NCBI RefSeq assembly: GCF_009914755.1
Contig: NC_060928.1
Direction: 5' to 3' (one strand)
DNA from: the human T2T-CHM13v2.0 reference genome, Homo sapiens
DNA: 64,000 nucleotides
Shown here: positions 31,260-44,406 of the stretch, one piece after another
How the letters are laid out: each line of letters begins with the position of its first letter
Position numbering within the stretch: position 1 is the stretch's first letter
The notes under the pieces: model-generated
Databases searched by the model: none
What the model was told of the DNA's origin: nothing
The model's input: only the letters and a program-made list of their open reading frames with translations
Made by a program: the position numbers and the translations under genes

Positions 31260-31279
31260 AGAAATTTTTTTTTTAATGA

Positions 31280-31578
31280 TTTTTTTTTTTTTTTGACAAG
31301 GTCTTACTCTGTCACCCAGGCTCTAGGGCAGTGGTATGATCACAGCTCACTGCAGCCTCAGCCTTCATGGGCATAGGTGATCCTCCCACCTCAGCCTCCC
31401 AAAGAGCTGGGACTGCAGGCACACACCACCATGTGTAGCTAATTTTTGTATTTTATATAGAGACAGAGTTTTACTATGCTGCCTAAGCTTGTCTTGAACT
31501 CCTGGGCTCAAGTGATCTGCCCGCTTCAGCCTCCCAAAGTGCTGGAATCATAGGCATGAGCCATTATTCCCCCCAACC
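31280..31578 (-). mobile_element. AluJ
   Basis: gatcacagctcactgcagcctc; cctgggctcaagtgatc. Confidence 0.9.
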
Positions 31579-32427
31579 TGATGAAATTTTTAATTTTACT
31601 TTTAATTTCTTCATTGATCCATTGGTTGTTCATGAGCATGTTGTTTAATTTCCATGTATTTGTGAATTTTTTGAAGTTTCTTCCGTTATTTCTAATTTTA
31701 TACCATGTCATCAGAAAATATATTTGATACAATTTCAATCTTATTAAAGTTGTTAAAATTTGTTTTGTGGCCTAACATGATCTGTCCTGGAGAATGTTCC
31801 AGGTGCAGTTGAGAATAATATGTATTCTTCAGCTGTTAATTAGATTTAGTTGATCTAGATTATATTTTAAGTCGGATGTTTCCTTATTGGTTTTCTGTCT
31901 GGATGATCTGTTTATTGCTGAAAGTGGGCTGTTGAAGTCTATTACTATTTCTGTATTGTAGTCCATCTCTCCCTTCAAATCTGTTAACATTCGCTTTATA
32001 TGTTTAATTGCTATGCTGTTGGGTGCATATATATAATTCTTATATTCTCTTGCTGAATTGACCCCTTTATCATGATATAATGACGTTCTTGTCTCTTTTT
32101 ACACTTTTTGACACATTGTGTATTTTATCTGATTTAAGTTTGGTTATTTCTACTCTCTTTTGGTTTCCACTGCAGGAATATATTTTTTCACTCATTCACT
32201 TAAAGCCCATGTGTGTCTCTACAAGTAAAGTGAGTCTCTTTAGGCAGCATATAGATGGCTCTTGTACTTTAATCCATTCAGCCACTCAGTCTTTTGATTA
32301 GAAAATTTAATCCATTTACATTCTAGATAATTATTGATAGGTAAGTACAAACTACCACCATTTTGTCCATTTTGTTAGGTTTTTTTAGTTGTTTCATAGA
32401 TCTTTTGCTTTTTTACTTCCTCTCTTG

Positions 32428-32720
32428 CTTTTTTTTTTTTTTTTCCTTTTTGAGACAGTCTCACTCTGTCGCCCAGGCTGCAGTGCAGTGGCACCGTGCC
32501 GTGTCGGCTCACTGCAACCTCTGTCTCCTGGGATCAAGCAATTCTCCTGCCTCAGCCTCCAAAGTAGCTGGGATTACAGGCGCCCACCACCACGCTCGGC
32601 TAATTTTTATATTTGTAGTAGAGACAGGATTTCACCATGTTGGTCAGGCTGATCTCCAACTCCTGACCTCAGGTGATCCCAAAGTGCTGGGATTACAGGC
32701 ATGAGCCACCATGCCTGGCC
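32428..32720 (-). mobile_element. AluS
   Basis: Antisense Alu with a small deletion at tgatcc/caaagtg; flanked by tcttgcttt. Confidence 0.9.
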
Positions 32721-32919
32721 TCTTGCTTTCTTTTTTGTGGCTGATTTTATGTAGTTGTATGTTTTACTTTTTTGCTTTTTATTTTTTGTGTATCTACTAT
32801 AGGATTTTGCTTTGTAGTTAACATGAGGCTTACAAAAACATATAACTGGTTATGTAAAGCTGATAACAATATAACTTTATTTCAAAAACAATACAAAATA
32901 AGAAAAAAAAAACATAACT

Positions 32920-35435
32920 CTGGTTGCTCATGGATGAGCAGAACCCAGAACAGACTGGTGCAAGAGAGAAGGGAACCCAGCTCCACATTTGTGGCCTGAA
33001 GCTCTGGACTGATTGGCAAAAATTTTAAAGCTGACAATACTGGAAGAGAACCTTTGATCAAAAACACTAGAAATTGATAGAGACGTGATACAGACACCAT
33101 GATCAAAAAGAGAGGAAGCTCGGATGTCTGCTCAAAGTAGTTGGGCAACAGGACTGGCCCCTGGACTCAAAACAGACATAAGGAAGTGATGAGTGAAGGA
33201 ACCTTGGGCACCACATGCCCACTGTGGACCTCTGAGATCCTAGCTACAGGAGTTCTTATGACCTCCATAGACCTTTAAACTGGCAGGAAGAGCTGCCCAA
33301 AGAACAGACAGAGGCACAATTTGTACCTATGTGGAGCCAGAAGGTTTTGCTGCATTGCGTTGTTTCAGCAAAACGTTACCATAGATGTCCATCTCTCAAG
33401 GCTCTCCATCTTGTGCTGAGTGGCTACAGCTCCTGCTGTCTGCTGGTCCAGGAGAGAGCAGGGCCACCACTGCTGCAGGACTGAGGTGCATCTGATCCAT
33501 CCACCCCCTTGCCTGTTGACCTCTTCCAAGACCACCTGCCTGGCTGCTCCCACAGGAGAGTGCCTACAGCACAGATTCCACCGCCCCCATCTGAGTGCTT
33601 TGCTGTTGGCTTGGAGGCAGTTTGCCCCTCAGAATAGCCAGTGCAATAACTGAGGGGCCAGTGGACAAACCCACGGGTATGGTCCCAGTTCCTCAGGACT
33701 GGAAAGCACTTCTGAGGGATATAGAACTGAGATCTATGGCCTGAGCATGAACAAGGACGATGACCTCCCCTCTCCCCAGCTCTAAGAATACAGAGGACTG
33801 TGTCATGGCTTTGTGTGCCAGTATGGGAGCTGGGCATCCCTCCCTTCATAAGACCAGCCCAGGAAGGAGATGTCATGATAAATGTCTTCTTCCTTGGGAG
33901 TCCTGTGGTCTAGAATGTCTGGAATGACTCTGCGATCTAGGCTTGGAAGAAGCCTAGTTGGTCAGGCCTGCTCCCATGGCAGAGATTGGAGGGAGATCCA
34001 TTGGGTTGGGGGACTGCAAGTTGAACTGGCCTCACTGCATTGGCTGGGCTGAAAACCCTGGGCTGTGGGCACTACACTAGTTACAAACCCATGGTGCCAC
34101 TACCCTGCCTAAGGATGCTCTGCCCTTGAACCCACTGCATCACCAGACCACCTGCAGACATACCATGCAATCTGCTTTGACTCCGGCAAGCACAGGGGAC
34201 TGATGGTCCCCTGGGAGTTGCATGCCTCCTGGTGACCTCCTTCAACATGGACTATCCCTAAGAGAGGGGGTGAATGCAGCCTACTAAAATCTTCCTTTAG
34301 GACAAAGGAAATGGGTGCAGCACCAGCAGTTAAAGGGGACAACACCAAGGTCTAGGAATGGACATGGAAAGGGAGTCATCTTTTGCCTCCGGTCTCCACA
34401 CTGGAGCACTGCTGCAGACCCACTGAAATACTGAAGGTATGAGCATGGCAGAGTAAGAGCCTACTGAGCCTTACCCTTAAATGCCATCTACTGGACTGAC
34501 ACTTGAATTATACCACCAAACAAAAATATATTGTGTTTACGCCCAAGGCCTGTAAAACCCACCACAGGAACCTGTCTACAGCAAAGGAACCCTTACAGAG
34601 TCTTGGCCCTCTGAAAAAAAACATACAAGCAGCTAACAAACATATGAAAAAATGCTCAACATCACTAATCAGAGAAATGCAAATCAAAACCACAATGAGA
34701 TACCATCTCACACCAGTCAGAATGGCTATTATTAAAAAGTAAAAAATAACAGAAGTTGGCCAATCTGCAGAGAAAAGGGAATGCTTATAACTGTTGGTGG
34801 GGATGTAAATTAGTCCAGTTCCCGTGGAAAACAGTTTGGAGATTTCTCAAAGAACTAAAAATAGAACAACCATTCAACCCAGCTATCTCATTACTGGGTA
34901 TATACCCAAAGGAAAATAAATTGTTCTACCAAAAAGACACCTTCACTCATATGTTTATTGCAACACTATTCACAATAGTAAAGGGATGGAAGCAACCTAG
35001 ATGCCCATCAGTGGTGGATTTGATAAAGAACATGTGGCACAGATACACCATGGAAAGCTGTGCAGCCATAAAAAAGAATGAAATCACGTCAATCATGTTC
35101 CATGTAACAACATGGATGTGGCTGGAGGTCATTGTCATTATCCTAAGAAGATTAATGCAGAAACAGAAAACCAAATACCACATATTCTTATGTATAAGTG
35201 GGACTTAAACCTTAGGAACACATGGACATAAAGATGGGACAATAGACAACAGAGACTCCAAAATGAGGGAGGGAGGAACGGGGGCAAGTGCTGAAAAACT
35301 AACTTTTGGGTCCTATTTTCACTGTCTTGGTGACAGGATCAATAGAAGCCTGAATCTTGGTTTCATGTAATATACCCTTATAACAAACTGGTACATGTAC
35401 CACCTGAATTTAAAATTAAAATAAATAACACAAAA
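32920..35435 (+). mobile_element. Internally deleted primate L1 (L1PA15-16/L1PB-like): 5'UTR fused to ORF2 C-terminus and 3'UTR
   Basis: GC-rich L1 5'UTR-like segment to ~34616, then directly [39 protein letters not shown], 3'UTR and A-rich tail; inserted in the host L1MA inter-ORF region. Confidence 0.8.
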
Positions 35436-36242
35436 AATGCAGTTTTCTTCCACTAGTCTCATCATATTTTGAATTTTGATGTTACCATTTGCATATTTTA
35501 TATTGCACATCTCTTAAATTATTGTAACTATTATTTTTAATGGTTTTGTGTTTTATATCTTATATTTAAGATATAAATAACTTATGCAGCACTATTAGAG
35601 TATTAGTTAATCTGAATTTGTGTACTTACTTGTACCAGTATTTTATACTTTCTGAATATTTTCATATTACTCATTGGCATTTTCTTTCATCTTGAATAAT
35701 TACCTTTAGCAGTTTTTGTAAGACAGGTCTCATGGTGATGAAGTCACTCAGCTTTTGTTTGTACTTCATTTCTGAAGTACAGACTTGCTTAGTACAGCAT
35801 TCTTGGTATTCAGGGTATTTTTCCTTCTAGGCTTTGAATATGTCATCTCAGTATCTCTTGGCTTGTAAGGTTTCAGCTAAGAAGTGTGCTGCTTGTAGTA
35901 TTGGAACTCCCTTATATGTTGTCTCTTTTATCTTTCTGCTTTCAGAATACTCTCTTTGTCTTTGATATTTGACAATTTGGGCAGTCTTATTTTGGCTAAA
36001 TCTGCTTGGAGAACATTTAACTTCTTGTACCTGGATCTTTACATCTTTATTCAGGTTTGGAAATTACCTACTACTATCTTGTTAAAGAAATTTTCTATCC
36101 TATTATGTTTCTCTTCTTTTTCTTTAACACCTATGACATGAAAGTTTGTTTAGATATTCTTCTTTAAATCTCATAAGTTTTTTCATTTCTTTTCATTTTT
36201 TCTCCTCTGCATTTGTTTAAATAACATATCTTTGAGCGCACG

Positions 36243-36264
36243 TTATTATTATTATTATTATTAT
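36243..36264. repeat. (TTA)7 microsatellite
   Basis: Seen directly. Confidence 0.9.
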
Positions 36265-37920
36265 CTTGTTGGATCAATTCTGCTCTTGATGCTTTCTACT
36301 GCATTTTTTTCATTTATTGTAGTTTTCCTCTCTGGGATTTCTGTTTGGTTTTTTAAAAGTATATGTTCATTAAATTTCTCATTCCGTTCACATGTTTTTC
36401 TTATTTTACTGGATTGTTTCTCTGGATCCTCTTGAAGTCCTCTGAGCTTTCTTAAAACAGTTTGAATTTTGTCAGGCAGTTTATACATCCTCATTTATTT
36501 AGGTTTAGCCATTGATACCATATTTTGTCTGTTTGGTAATGTCTTGTTTTTCTAATTATTCTTCATCCTTGTGATTGAGCATTGATGTCTGCTCATTTGA
36601 AGAAGTAAGACCTATTCCAGTCCTCATGGACTGGCTTTGTCTGGGAAAGCCCTGAGGTATATGTGGCACTAGGGTGCATTAGAAACCTGGGACAATTGTG
36701 GTCAGCACAGCACTGCCAGAACCCTGGGGACTACAACAGCAGGTGTGACTCCTGGGGTGGACTGCAAACTCAGTGCGCCTGTAGTGGGCATGGCATTGCC
36801 AGATGCTCAGGGAAGCTGTGGCCAATATGGCACATGCAGGTGACTGGGGCTTGCTACAGCAGGCACAGTGCTGGGATGTGCCTGAAGCACAGTGCAGCTG
36901 CATCCAGTGCAATGCTGCCAGAAGCCGTGGCCTGTTACAGCAGGCATCTTTCTGGGGCAGGGCAGAAGCTTGGTTCAGTTGCAGCTGGGTCAGGTCTGAT
37001 GACTCAGTTCATGGATACTGTCCTGGAATATGGGACTATAGGGATATCCCTAGTGCTGGGTTTTATTGTGGTAGGCCCAGTGGTAGAGTCCACGGCAAAA
37101 TCTTGTGCTTGCTTCCCTTCATTTCCACAAAGTGGATATTATCTCTCTCTATGCTGCACTGTCTTGTGTTGGGGAATGGGTAACATGGATGATGTAAAAC
37201 AGTCTTTTCTAATTTCTTCAATGAGTGTTTTCTTATTATTTTCCTACAACCACATACTTTGATCTCTAAGTTGGTTTCTGTTGCTCTTGTGAATGTAGTT
37301 TTCTTGGGTGTATAGTTACTCAAATTGGTATTTCTGCAGAGAGAAAGTTGCTGGAGGGTCCTACTTCACCCCTCCCCCTCATATTTTTAATTTTAAAAGA
37401 TATTCCTTCATATGTATTTTGCTATTGTATTTTTTAAAGTCCATATTGTTCATTTATTTACAGTAGCCAATTGACAAATAAAGCACCTGCTTCTATGTGA
37501 GCACCAAAAATATTTTAGATCCATCAATTCATAGTTTATAAAACACTAAATTTCATGTCATTTTTGCTTGTTTCCCAAATTTCTTAGAAATTACCTAATT
37601 AAAAATCTTTCTTTATAAGTATCTTCTTTTTTGCTGACATTCTGTGTACGACACAGTATGTTATACTATGGAGTGAATGAAGGATATTGTTTTTTTTTTA
37701 ATTAAAAAAATACATTTTACCTGAGCAAAATCTTATAGAATTTGATGGTTTCTCTCTTTGCCTCAGCACTGATATATTTTAAAACAAATTGGTTAGTTTT
37801 TCTTATGAAATAGTATTTCTTGTTTTTTTTTAAATGAACCTTGCAGTTATTTAGCTTGTTTACATTGGCATTATAAATATTATTTAATGTAGTGCCATAT
37901 AGCTTGTAGAAACACATTAA

Positions 37921-38233
<313 letters not shown>

Positions 38234-38274
38234 CGAAACACATTAATTTTTAAACTAAATTTGTAGGGTGTTAT

Positions 38275-38380
38275 CAGCATTGTGAGGACCGGAATAACAT
38301 CTGCTTTCTTCCCTACTGTGTACCAGAACTCAGCACAATTCTCGGTGCATAAAAGGCACTCAGTAAATATCTTCAAATTA
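38275..38380 (+). mobile_element. L2 3' end
   Basis: cagcacaattctcggtgcataaaaggcactcagtaaatat. Confidence 0.6.
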
Positions 38381-38816
38381 TAAATAATAATAATAATTTA
38401 AATAAAATAGAATATCATAATGACATTTTGGTGTTTTTTTTGTGGTATATTAACCAAATCATTTCCAGCAAACGACAGCTACATAAATAAAACTTTAATA
38501 TAATAATTTCTCCCTCCAAACATCACAAACTTTTAATGTCTGATGAATGTTTTTCTCCCTTATCATGCAGGAATCTACAGGGAGGAGCCGAAAGTATTTA
38601 ATAGAGACTTGTGAGAAATTTGCTCATTTAGAATTTCAAGTTCTTGTTTTTTACTATTTTCTCTCAAATTGTTATCTACTGCCTTTAAGTTTTTGTCTCT
38701 TTATACACTACTCCCTGGTTCATCACTTTCTCCTTATTCCTTTTGCTTTTGTTCACTCGCTTTTTAAATTTCATCCACGATTCAATTTAGTCATCAGTTG
38801 TCAGTGATGTCCTCGA

Positions 38817-39210
38817 TGACTTAGTTAATTTTATGTTGCTATAACAAAATTCTGCAGACTGAGTAATTTATAATGAATGGAAATTTATTTGACTTAAATT
38901 TCTGAAGGCTGTGAAGTCCAAGAGCATGTCACAGGGACCTGGTAGGGGCTTTGATTCTGTGTCATTCCATAGTGGAAGGTGGAAAGGCATAAGAGTGTGA
39001 GGGCGAGAGTAAGAGATAGAAAGGAAGGGAGGCTAAACTCATGCTTCATGAGGATGCTTCTCTTGAGATGACAAACCCAGTCCCTTCCTCAAAATGGGGA
39101 CAGAACCCTCCTGACCTCATCACTTCTTAAAGGTCCCACTTCTCACACTGTTGCATTGGGGATTAAATTTCCAACACAGGAACTTGAGAGTACACATTTA
39201 AACCATAGCA
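38817..39210 (-). mobile_element. MaLR solo LTR (MSTD-like)
   Basis: ttagttaattttatgttgctataacaaaa...ttgcattggggattaaatttccaacac...aaaccatagca. Confidence 0.8.
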
Positions 39211-39399
39211 CCAGTCATGCTGTTAGCATGTGGAATTACATCACTGTAATAAATACCTGATCCAAACTTTAAATGTACCGTCAATGTTACACAAGCCTCT
39301 ATGTATCATCATTTTTCTCTCTTTTGCTTTATAGAATAAAACAAATATTTACTTTCCTCAAATTTTTTTTTCTATTTCTGGTTTTACTCTTAATTCTAT

Positions 39400-39866
39400 T
39401 CTTGTGTGTTTGTAAATGCCTTCATTCTACTTTCACATTTAATAAATGTTTTGGCAGAAAATATTTTTCTTAAGAATTTTGAAATCTTTGTTACTGTCAA
39501 GAAGCCTGATAACATTCTGATTCCCTTTCCTTTGTTTATACACTTCTGTCTTCACTCTCATTCTCTGGAGGCTCTGCTGTGAGTATATTTGCTTTAAGCA
39601 TATCTGGATTTTTTTTCAGTGTATTGGACATTAGGGTAAGCCCTTTTACTCTGGAAATGCAGTTTTCATATCTCCGAAATTTTGTTGTATTGTTTCTCAG
39701 ATATGTTCCCTCTCTGTTTTCCCTTTTCTTTGTTTCTAGTTCTTGGGGTTGTCTTCGTTTTGCTTACTAGATTGATAGTTTGTTTTGTTCATGACTATAT
39801 TTCATTTGTTTGCTTTTTTTCTACTTTCTAAGAGATTTGATTGACTTTTCAATATTTACTAATGGC
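39400..39866 (-). mobile_element. HAL1/L1ME-like antisense relic (resumes after ~41350)
   Basis: aagaagcctgataacattctgattccc...ctctggaggct...gcccttttactctggaaa. Confidence 0.5.
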
Positions 39867-41347
39867 TTTTTAAAAACAGATTTTATTTTTTATATTAGAT
39901 TTAGGTTCACAGCAAAATTGAAAGATGGTACAAAAATTTCCCATAAGCACCTCTGTTCCCACCTACCACAGACTCTCCCACTACCAACATCTGGCACCAG
40001 AATGACTCATTTTTTAACTGATAAACTTACGTTGACACATCATTGTCACCCAAAGTACATAGTTTACATTACAGTTCATTCATGTTCATTCTATGGGTTT
40101 TGATAAATGCATAATACATGTATCTACCATTGTACTAACACACAGAGTAATTTCACTTCAACTATGAATCTTCTTTGTTCTACTTATTTATCCCTCCCTC
40201 CACTCACCCCCTAACAACCACTGATGCTTTTTCTTTTCCATAGTTTCGCTTTTTCCAGAATATCATATAATTGGCATTCTACAGTTTGTAGCCTTTTCAG
40301 TTTGCCTCTTTCGCTTCATAATATGTATTTAAGTCTCCTCCATGTATTTACATTCTTTGGTAGCTCATTTCTACTTAGCACTGAATACAATTTTATTGTC
40401 TAGATATACTACAGTTGATTTATCAATTCACCTACGAGAATTAGGTTGCTTTGTTGCTTCCAAGTTTGGCAATTATAAATAACGTTTCTATAAATACCTG
40501 TGTGAAGGTTTTTGCATGAACCTAGGTTTTCAACTTTGGGGTGGTAAATACTAAGTAGTGCAATTGCTAGATCATATAGTAAGTAAGAGTAGATTTAGTT
40601 TAGTAAGAAACTGACAAACTATCTTCCAAAATGGCTGTACCATTTTGCATTCCCACTAGCAATGAATGGGAGTTCCTATTGTTCCATATCCTAACCAGCA
40701 TGTTGTGTTATTAATGTTCTGCATTTTGGCTATTTTAGTAAGTACCTAGTGGTATCTCATTTTAATTTGTAGTTTCTTAATGACATATGGTGTTGAGCAT
40801 CTTTTTATATGCTTATTTCTTGTCTGTATATCTTTTTGTTGACGTATCTGTTTAGGTCTTTTTCCCAGTTTTACATTAGGTTAAAAATGGGGTTACTTTT
40901 CTTCTCTTCTGCTAGAAGTAGGAGGTGATTTTTTTCCAATATTTACTCTGAGAACTTGGTAGAGTTCCTAAGGTAAAACTCATAAAAATGTGAAGAACCT
41001 CTTATGAGTGAGTGTCCCTGGATTTTTTAACTCTCATAATTGTCCACACTGATTACCTAAGAATTTGTCAGTTTTAGTTGAGGGATTTTTTGTTTTGCTT
41101 TTTGCCACAGTAGTAGTTCCTACAGAGGTTTCTGCTGGTGGATTTCTCCTTCAATAAGTTGTTACTCCCTAATTTTGTATGTCTATCTCTCCACTTTTTA
41201 GGGCATTGGTTTGCCCTTTGACCTAACTTCGCTGATAGTTCTAAAAAGAGTTGTTTATTTTTTTAGTTTGTTCAGCTTTTAAATTGTTGGTAGGATGAAG
41301 TGATGACTTCTAAACTTTTTACATGCTGGCCTGGAATCCAAAAGTTC
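39867..41347 (-). mobile_element. Internally deleted L1MC-type element: 3' end fused to 5' end
   Basis: L1MC1/2-like 3'UTR (tttaggttcacagcaaaattga) and ORF2 end at 39867-40883, then an L1MC/MD-like 5' terminus (agtttgttcagctttt...gatgacttctaaactttttacatg...aagttc); degenerate TSD caatatttactaat/caatattacttat. Confidence 0.72.
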
Positions 41348-41654
41348 CAATATTACTTATTTTTTAAAATTTTTGTATCATATTTTTAAGAGTTCCTCTG
41401 AACCCCCAAATGCTAATAGATGGAGATCATTGTCTGAGTTAACAATATTTCTGTAGGGAATAATTATTTATTTTGACAAATAATTTTTATTTTATTTCAT
41501 GCCGGTGCAGCAGAGATTTCATGATGTTTATGGCATATAATGATCTACCAGTTGCTCTATTTAATGTTATTACTTTTAATAACTAAAGATATTAATATTT
41601 ATTGCCTTGTGAAGCTTCATATTTTCAAAACATTTTAATATTTAATCCGATTGG

Positions 41655-42477
41655 GAAGTACTGTGATACAGTAGAAACTGAACTGATTTAGAGTATGTCA
41701 AACGTGGGTTAGACTCGTGCTGCTATTTACAGATGACAGTATCTAAGACTAAATACCCTTTCATACAACTTGGGAATAAAATAAAATGATTACTTTGAGG
41801 ATTTGTAAGAAGTAAAAGTATGTGTAGATTATTATATTAGCTTTATACTTCTTCTGTAATAAATTACCACTGATTTAATGGGTTAAAACAATGCAAATTT
41901 ATTTTCTTTTTCTTTTATAGGTCAGAATTTTAACATGGGTTTAAACTGGGCCAAAATCAAGAAGTCAGCAAGACCACTTTTCTTTCTGCAAGCTTTAGGG
42001 GACAACTTATTCCTTACCTTTTTGAGCTTGTAGAGGCCACCTATATTCCTTGACTCATGGCCCCTTTCTGCCATCTCGAAAGCCAGCAAAACCAGGCTGA
42101 GTTTTTGTCATATCATGGCACTCTGACCCTACCTTTTGCCTATTCTCTAAGAATTTTTTCAGAGTTACCACAAAGAATACTTTTAAGAGTTATAATTCTC
42201 TTAGAGAATAGGCAAAAAATAGGTTCAAAGTGATATATTTAAGGACTCATGTGATTACATTGGACCTCTCCAATATCCAGAATATTCTCCCATCTCAACT
42301 TCAGCTGATTGCCAACGTTAATTGTATCTGCAATCTTAATTCCCTTTTGCTATGTGGCAGCATATTTACGAGTTCCAAGTATTAGGACATGGCCATATTT
42401 GGGGGGGCCATTGTTCTGCCTGTAAAAGTATCTAGGAAAATCCTGATATAGACTATCAATAAATGGATACTTGCTAT
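41655..42477 (+). mobile_element. MIR split by MLT1D
   Basis: MIR 5' part at 41655-41830; 3' end (tatcaataaatgga) at 42428-42477. Confidence 0.5.
41833..42427 (-). mobile_element. MaLR solo LTR (MLT1D-like) with an internal inverted duplication
   Basis: aaattaccac...ttaaaacaatgcaaatttatt...aaaatcaag...taggacatggccatatttgggggg. Confidence 0.8.
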
Positions 42478-43934
42478 TCATTCAATAAAATATTTATTAA
42501 GTAATTAATTTTATAGATTGTATCTACTTCAGAGGAACCTTGAGGTAGACATGACAGGTACTACTCTAGCTTTCCATCTATTTCATCTATTTTAAAGCAT
42601 TGGTACTAATGATACAAGAATGCAAATCATAATCTACATATTTTTAGTGCTTATAAAGCATATAAATATTATGTTGTCTATGATTGCTTCTTTACTGAAA
42701 GGAAAGATAATTGAGTCAAGCTTTTTTTAATCAATAAAATAAATAATATCCTAGCTACTTAAAATGATTTATATTTTTAAATTATAAAACTAAGAAAAAA
42801 GGGTAATACTTGTTTTTAATATCGGGTCACACAGAAGAATATTTTTTTCGCATGCTATATTACAGGTGTGTCATTGTTCAAATCATCTTTTTTTGTACAG
42901 AATCTGAAATACTCCAACTAATATTTTCAAGGGCTTTGTTTGATTGTGTATAATGCAGGTCTAGCAGCTCTACTAGGATTCTTGTAATCAACACAGTCAT
43001 TTTGAACAATTTGAGGTGACGACTTTACTAAGTGTTCTCTAATCTGACTTTGTTTTCCCTATGGGAGCAATTATTCTACAAAATGACAAAGCAGCAAGGG
43101 CAAAAATCTAGCTACCAATGACATAAAATCACTGCTTTATTTCAGAGTTGGGATTCTTGATCTCATTAATGGCCTGGAATTGCATGACAAGCTTTTCCAT
43201 TTAGACAATTAACATATTAATCCACTTCATGTAGTATCCATCTGCTTATATATAATTTTTCAGAAATATTTTCCATACCTCCTTGCACTCATGGACTGTA
43301 GCTATTTTCAAAAGCAATATAATCACTAGATGGTGTAAAACACTAATATAAAGTAACTGGGGGCAATTACTGGCCTTCAGAAATGAAAAAATTACAGTCA
43401 AATCATTTTATAAATCTTTGAAACTCAGATATTGAGGAATAGTATTGGGGTAATTCATTTTCCCACTCAGTTAATTCCGTGGTTGGCCTTTTGTGCAGTT
43501 TGACAAATCAAGACTTCTTGTGGAGACTGGAGAGTAATTTCATTCATAGCTGAGAAGGATTTTTTTTTAAAGATGGCTAAAGTCATTTATAGTTCTATAA
43601 ACTGAATTATTATGTAGCTATTCTCTTATCTTTTTTGGCAGTCTGGAGCAAAATCCATACTTAATAGTAAGTGAAAATAAAAAAGGAGAAAAAAGAAAAA
43701 GGCCACATCTTAGCGGTTCTTAGAAAAACTAATTATTGTTTTTTAGCAAATGAAATCAACTTTGCTTTGCCTTACCTAGATTTCCTGATGAATGATAAAC
43801 AGGAGAGGCTGAGCTATATTACTTTTCAAAATACATGCATAGGGATATATATAAATATACACACATATATAATTATGCCAGTGAATATTGTAAATGATAT
43901 TATCTGTGGAATTAACAAATTATTTCCAAAGCTG

Positions 43935-44038
43935 AAATACCACAGGTCAATGCCAGGTTCTCCTCCTTACTAATTATGTGACTTCAGGAAAGTCATTTTG
44001 CCTTTCTATACCTTGATTTCCTCATGTATAAAATGCAA
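43935..44038 (+). mobile_element. MIR core
   Basis: ttactaattatgtgacttcaggaaagtca...tttcctcatgtataaaatg. Confidence 0.7.
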
Positions 44039-44039
44039 A

Positions 44040-44406
44040 GTGTTGGCAACCAGAGAAACTTACCTCACTCTTAGTGTTCAGGGTTTTTATGGGGAGTCAT
44101 GTACTTAAGTATGCAGCGTCTGTGTGACTGACCTCAGCTACTCTGCTGCTTTGAGCTCCCCTACCCTCAAGAGCAAAAATAAGCATTCACTGTAAATCAT
44201 ATTGTTAGTGTAAACTATCTGATCAAACCAGTATTGTGGCTTAAGGCCTCAGACCTATAGAAATACTCTTACCAGGCAGAATATTCCAAGGGCTCAGAGC
44301 TCATTTCCTAGGAGCTGGCCCAGGGCCAGTGCTGCAGACAGCCTTTTCCTGGGAATATGCAGGGTCTGAGCAACTTTGGTCTGTTGAGTTAACCTTTATG
44401 TTGCAA
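44040..44406 (-). mobile_element. Partial ERVL LTR (MER68/MER77-like)
   Basis: caggcagaatattccaagggctcagagctcatttcctaggagc...gagttaaccttt. Confidence 0.7.

Noticed and set aside
33365-34348. Cluster of ORFs in a GC-rich block as a gene or CpG-island promoter
   Set aside because: The block is an L1 5'UTR-like segment and is CpG-depleted.
36663-37262. Longest ORF (199 aa) as a novel gene or ORF0 analogue
   Set aside because: It lies antisense in the GC-richer 5'UTR of a decayed L1MA, begins at GTG, and has no recognisable domain; several overlapping open frames point to a composition artefact.
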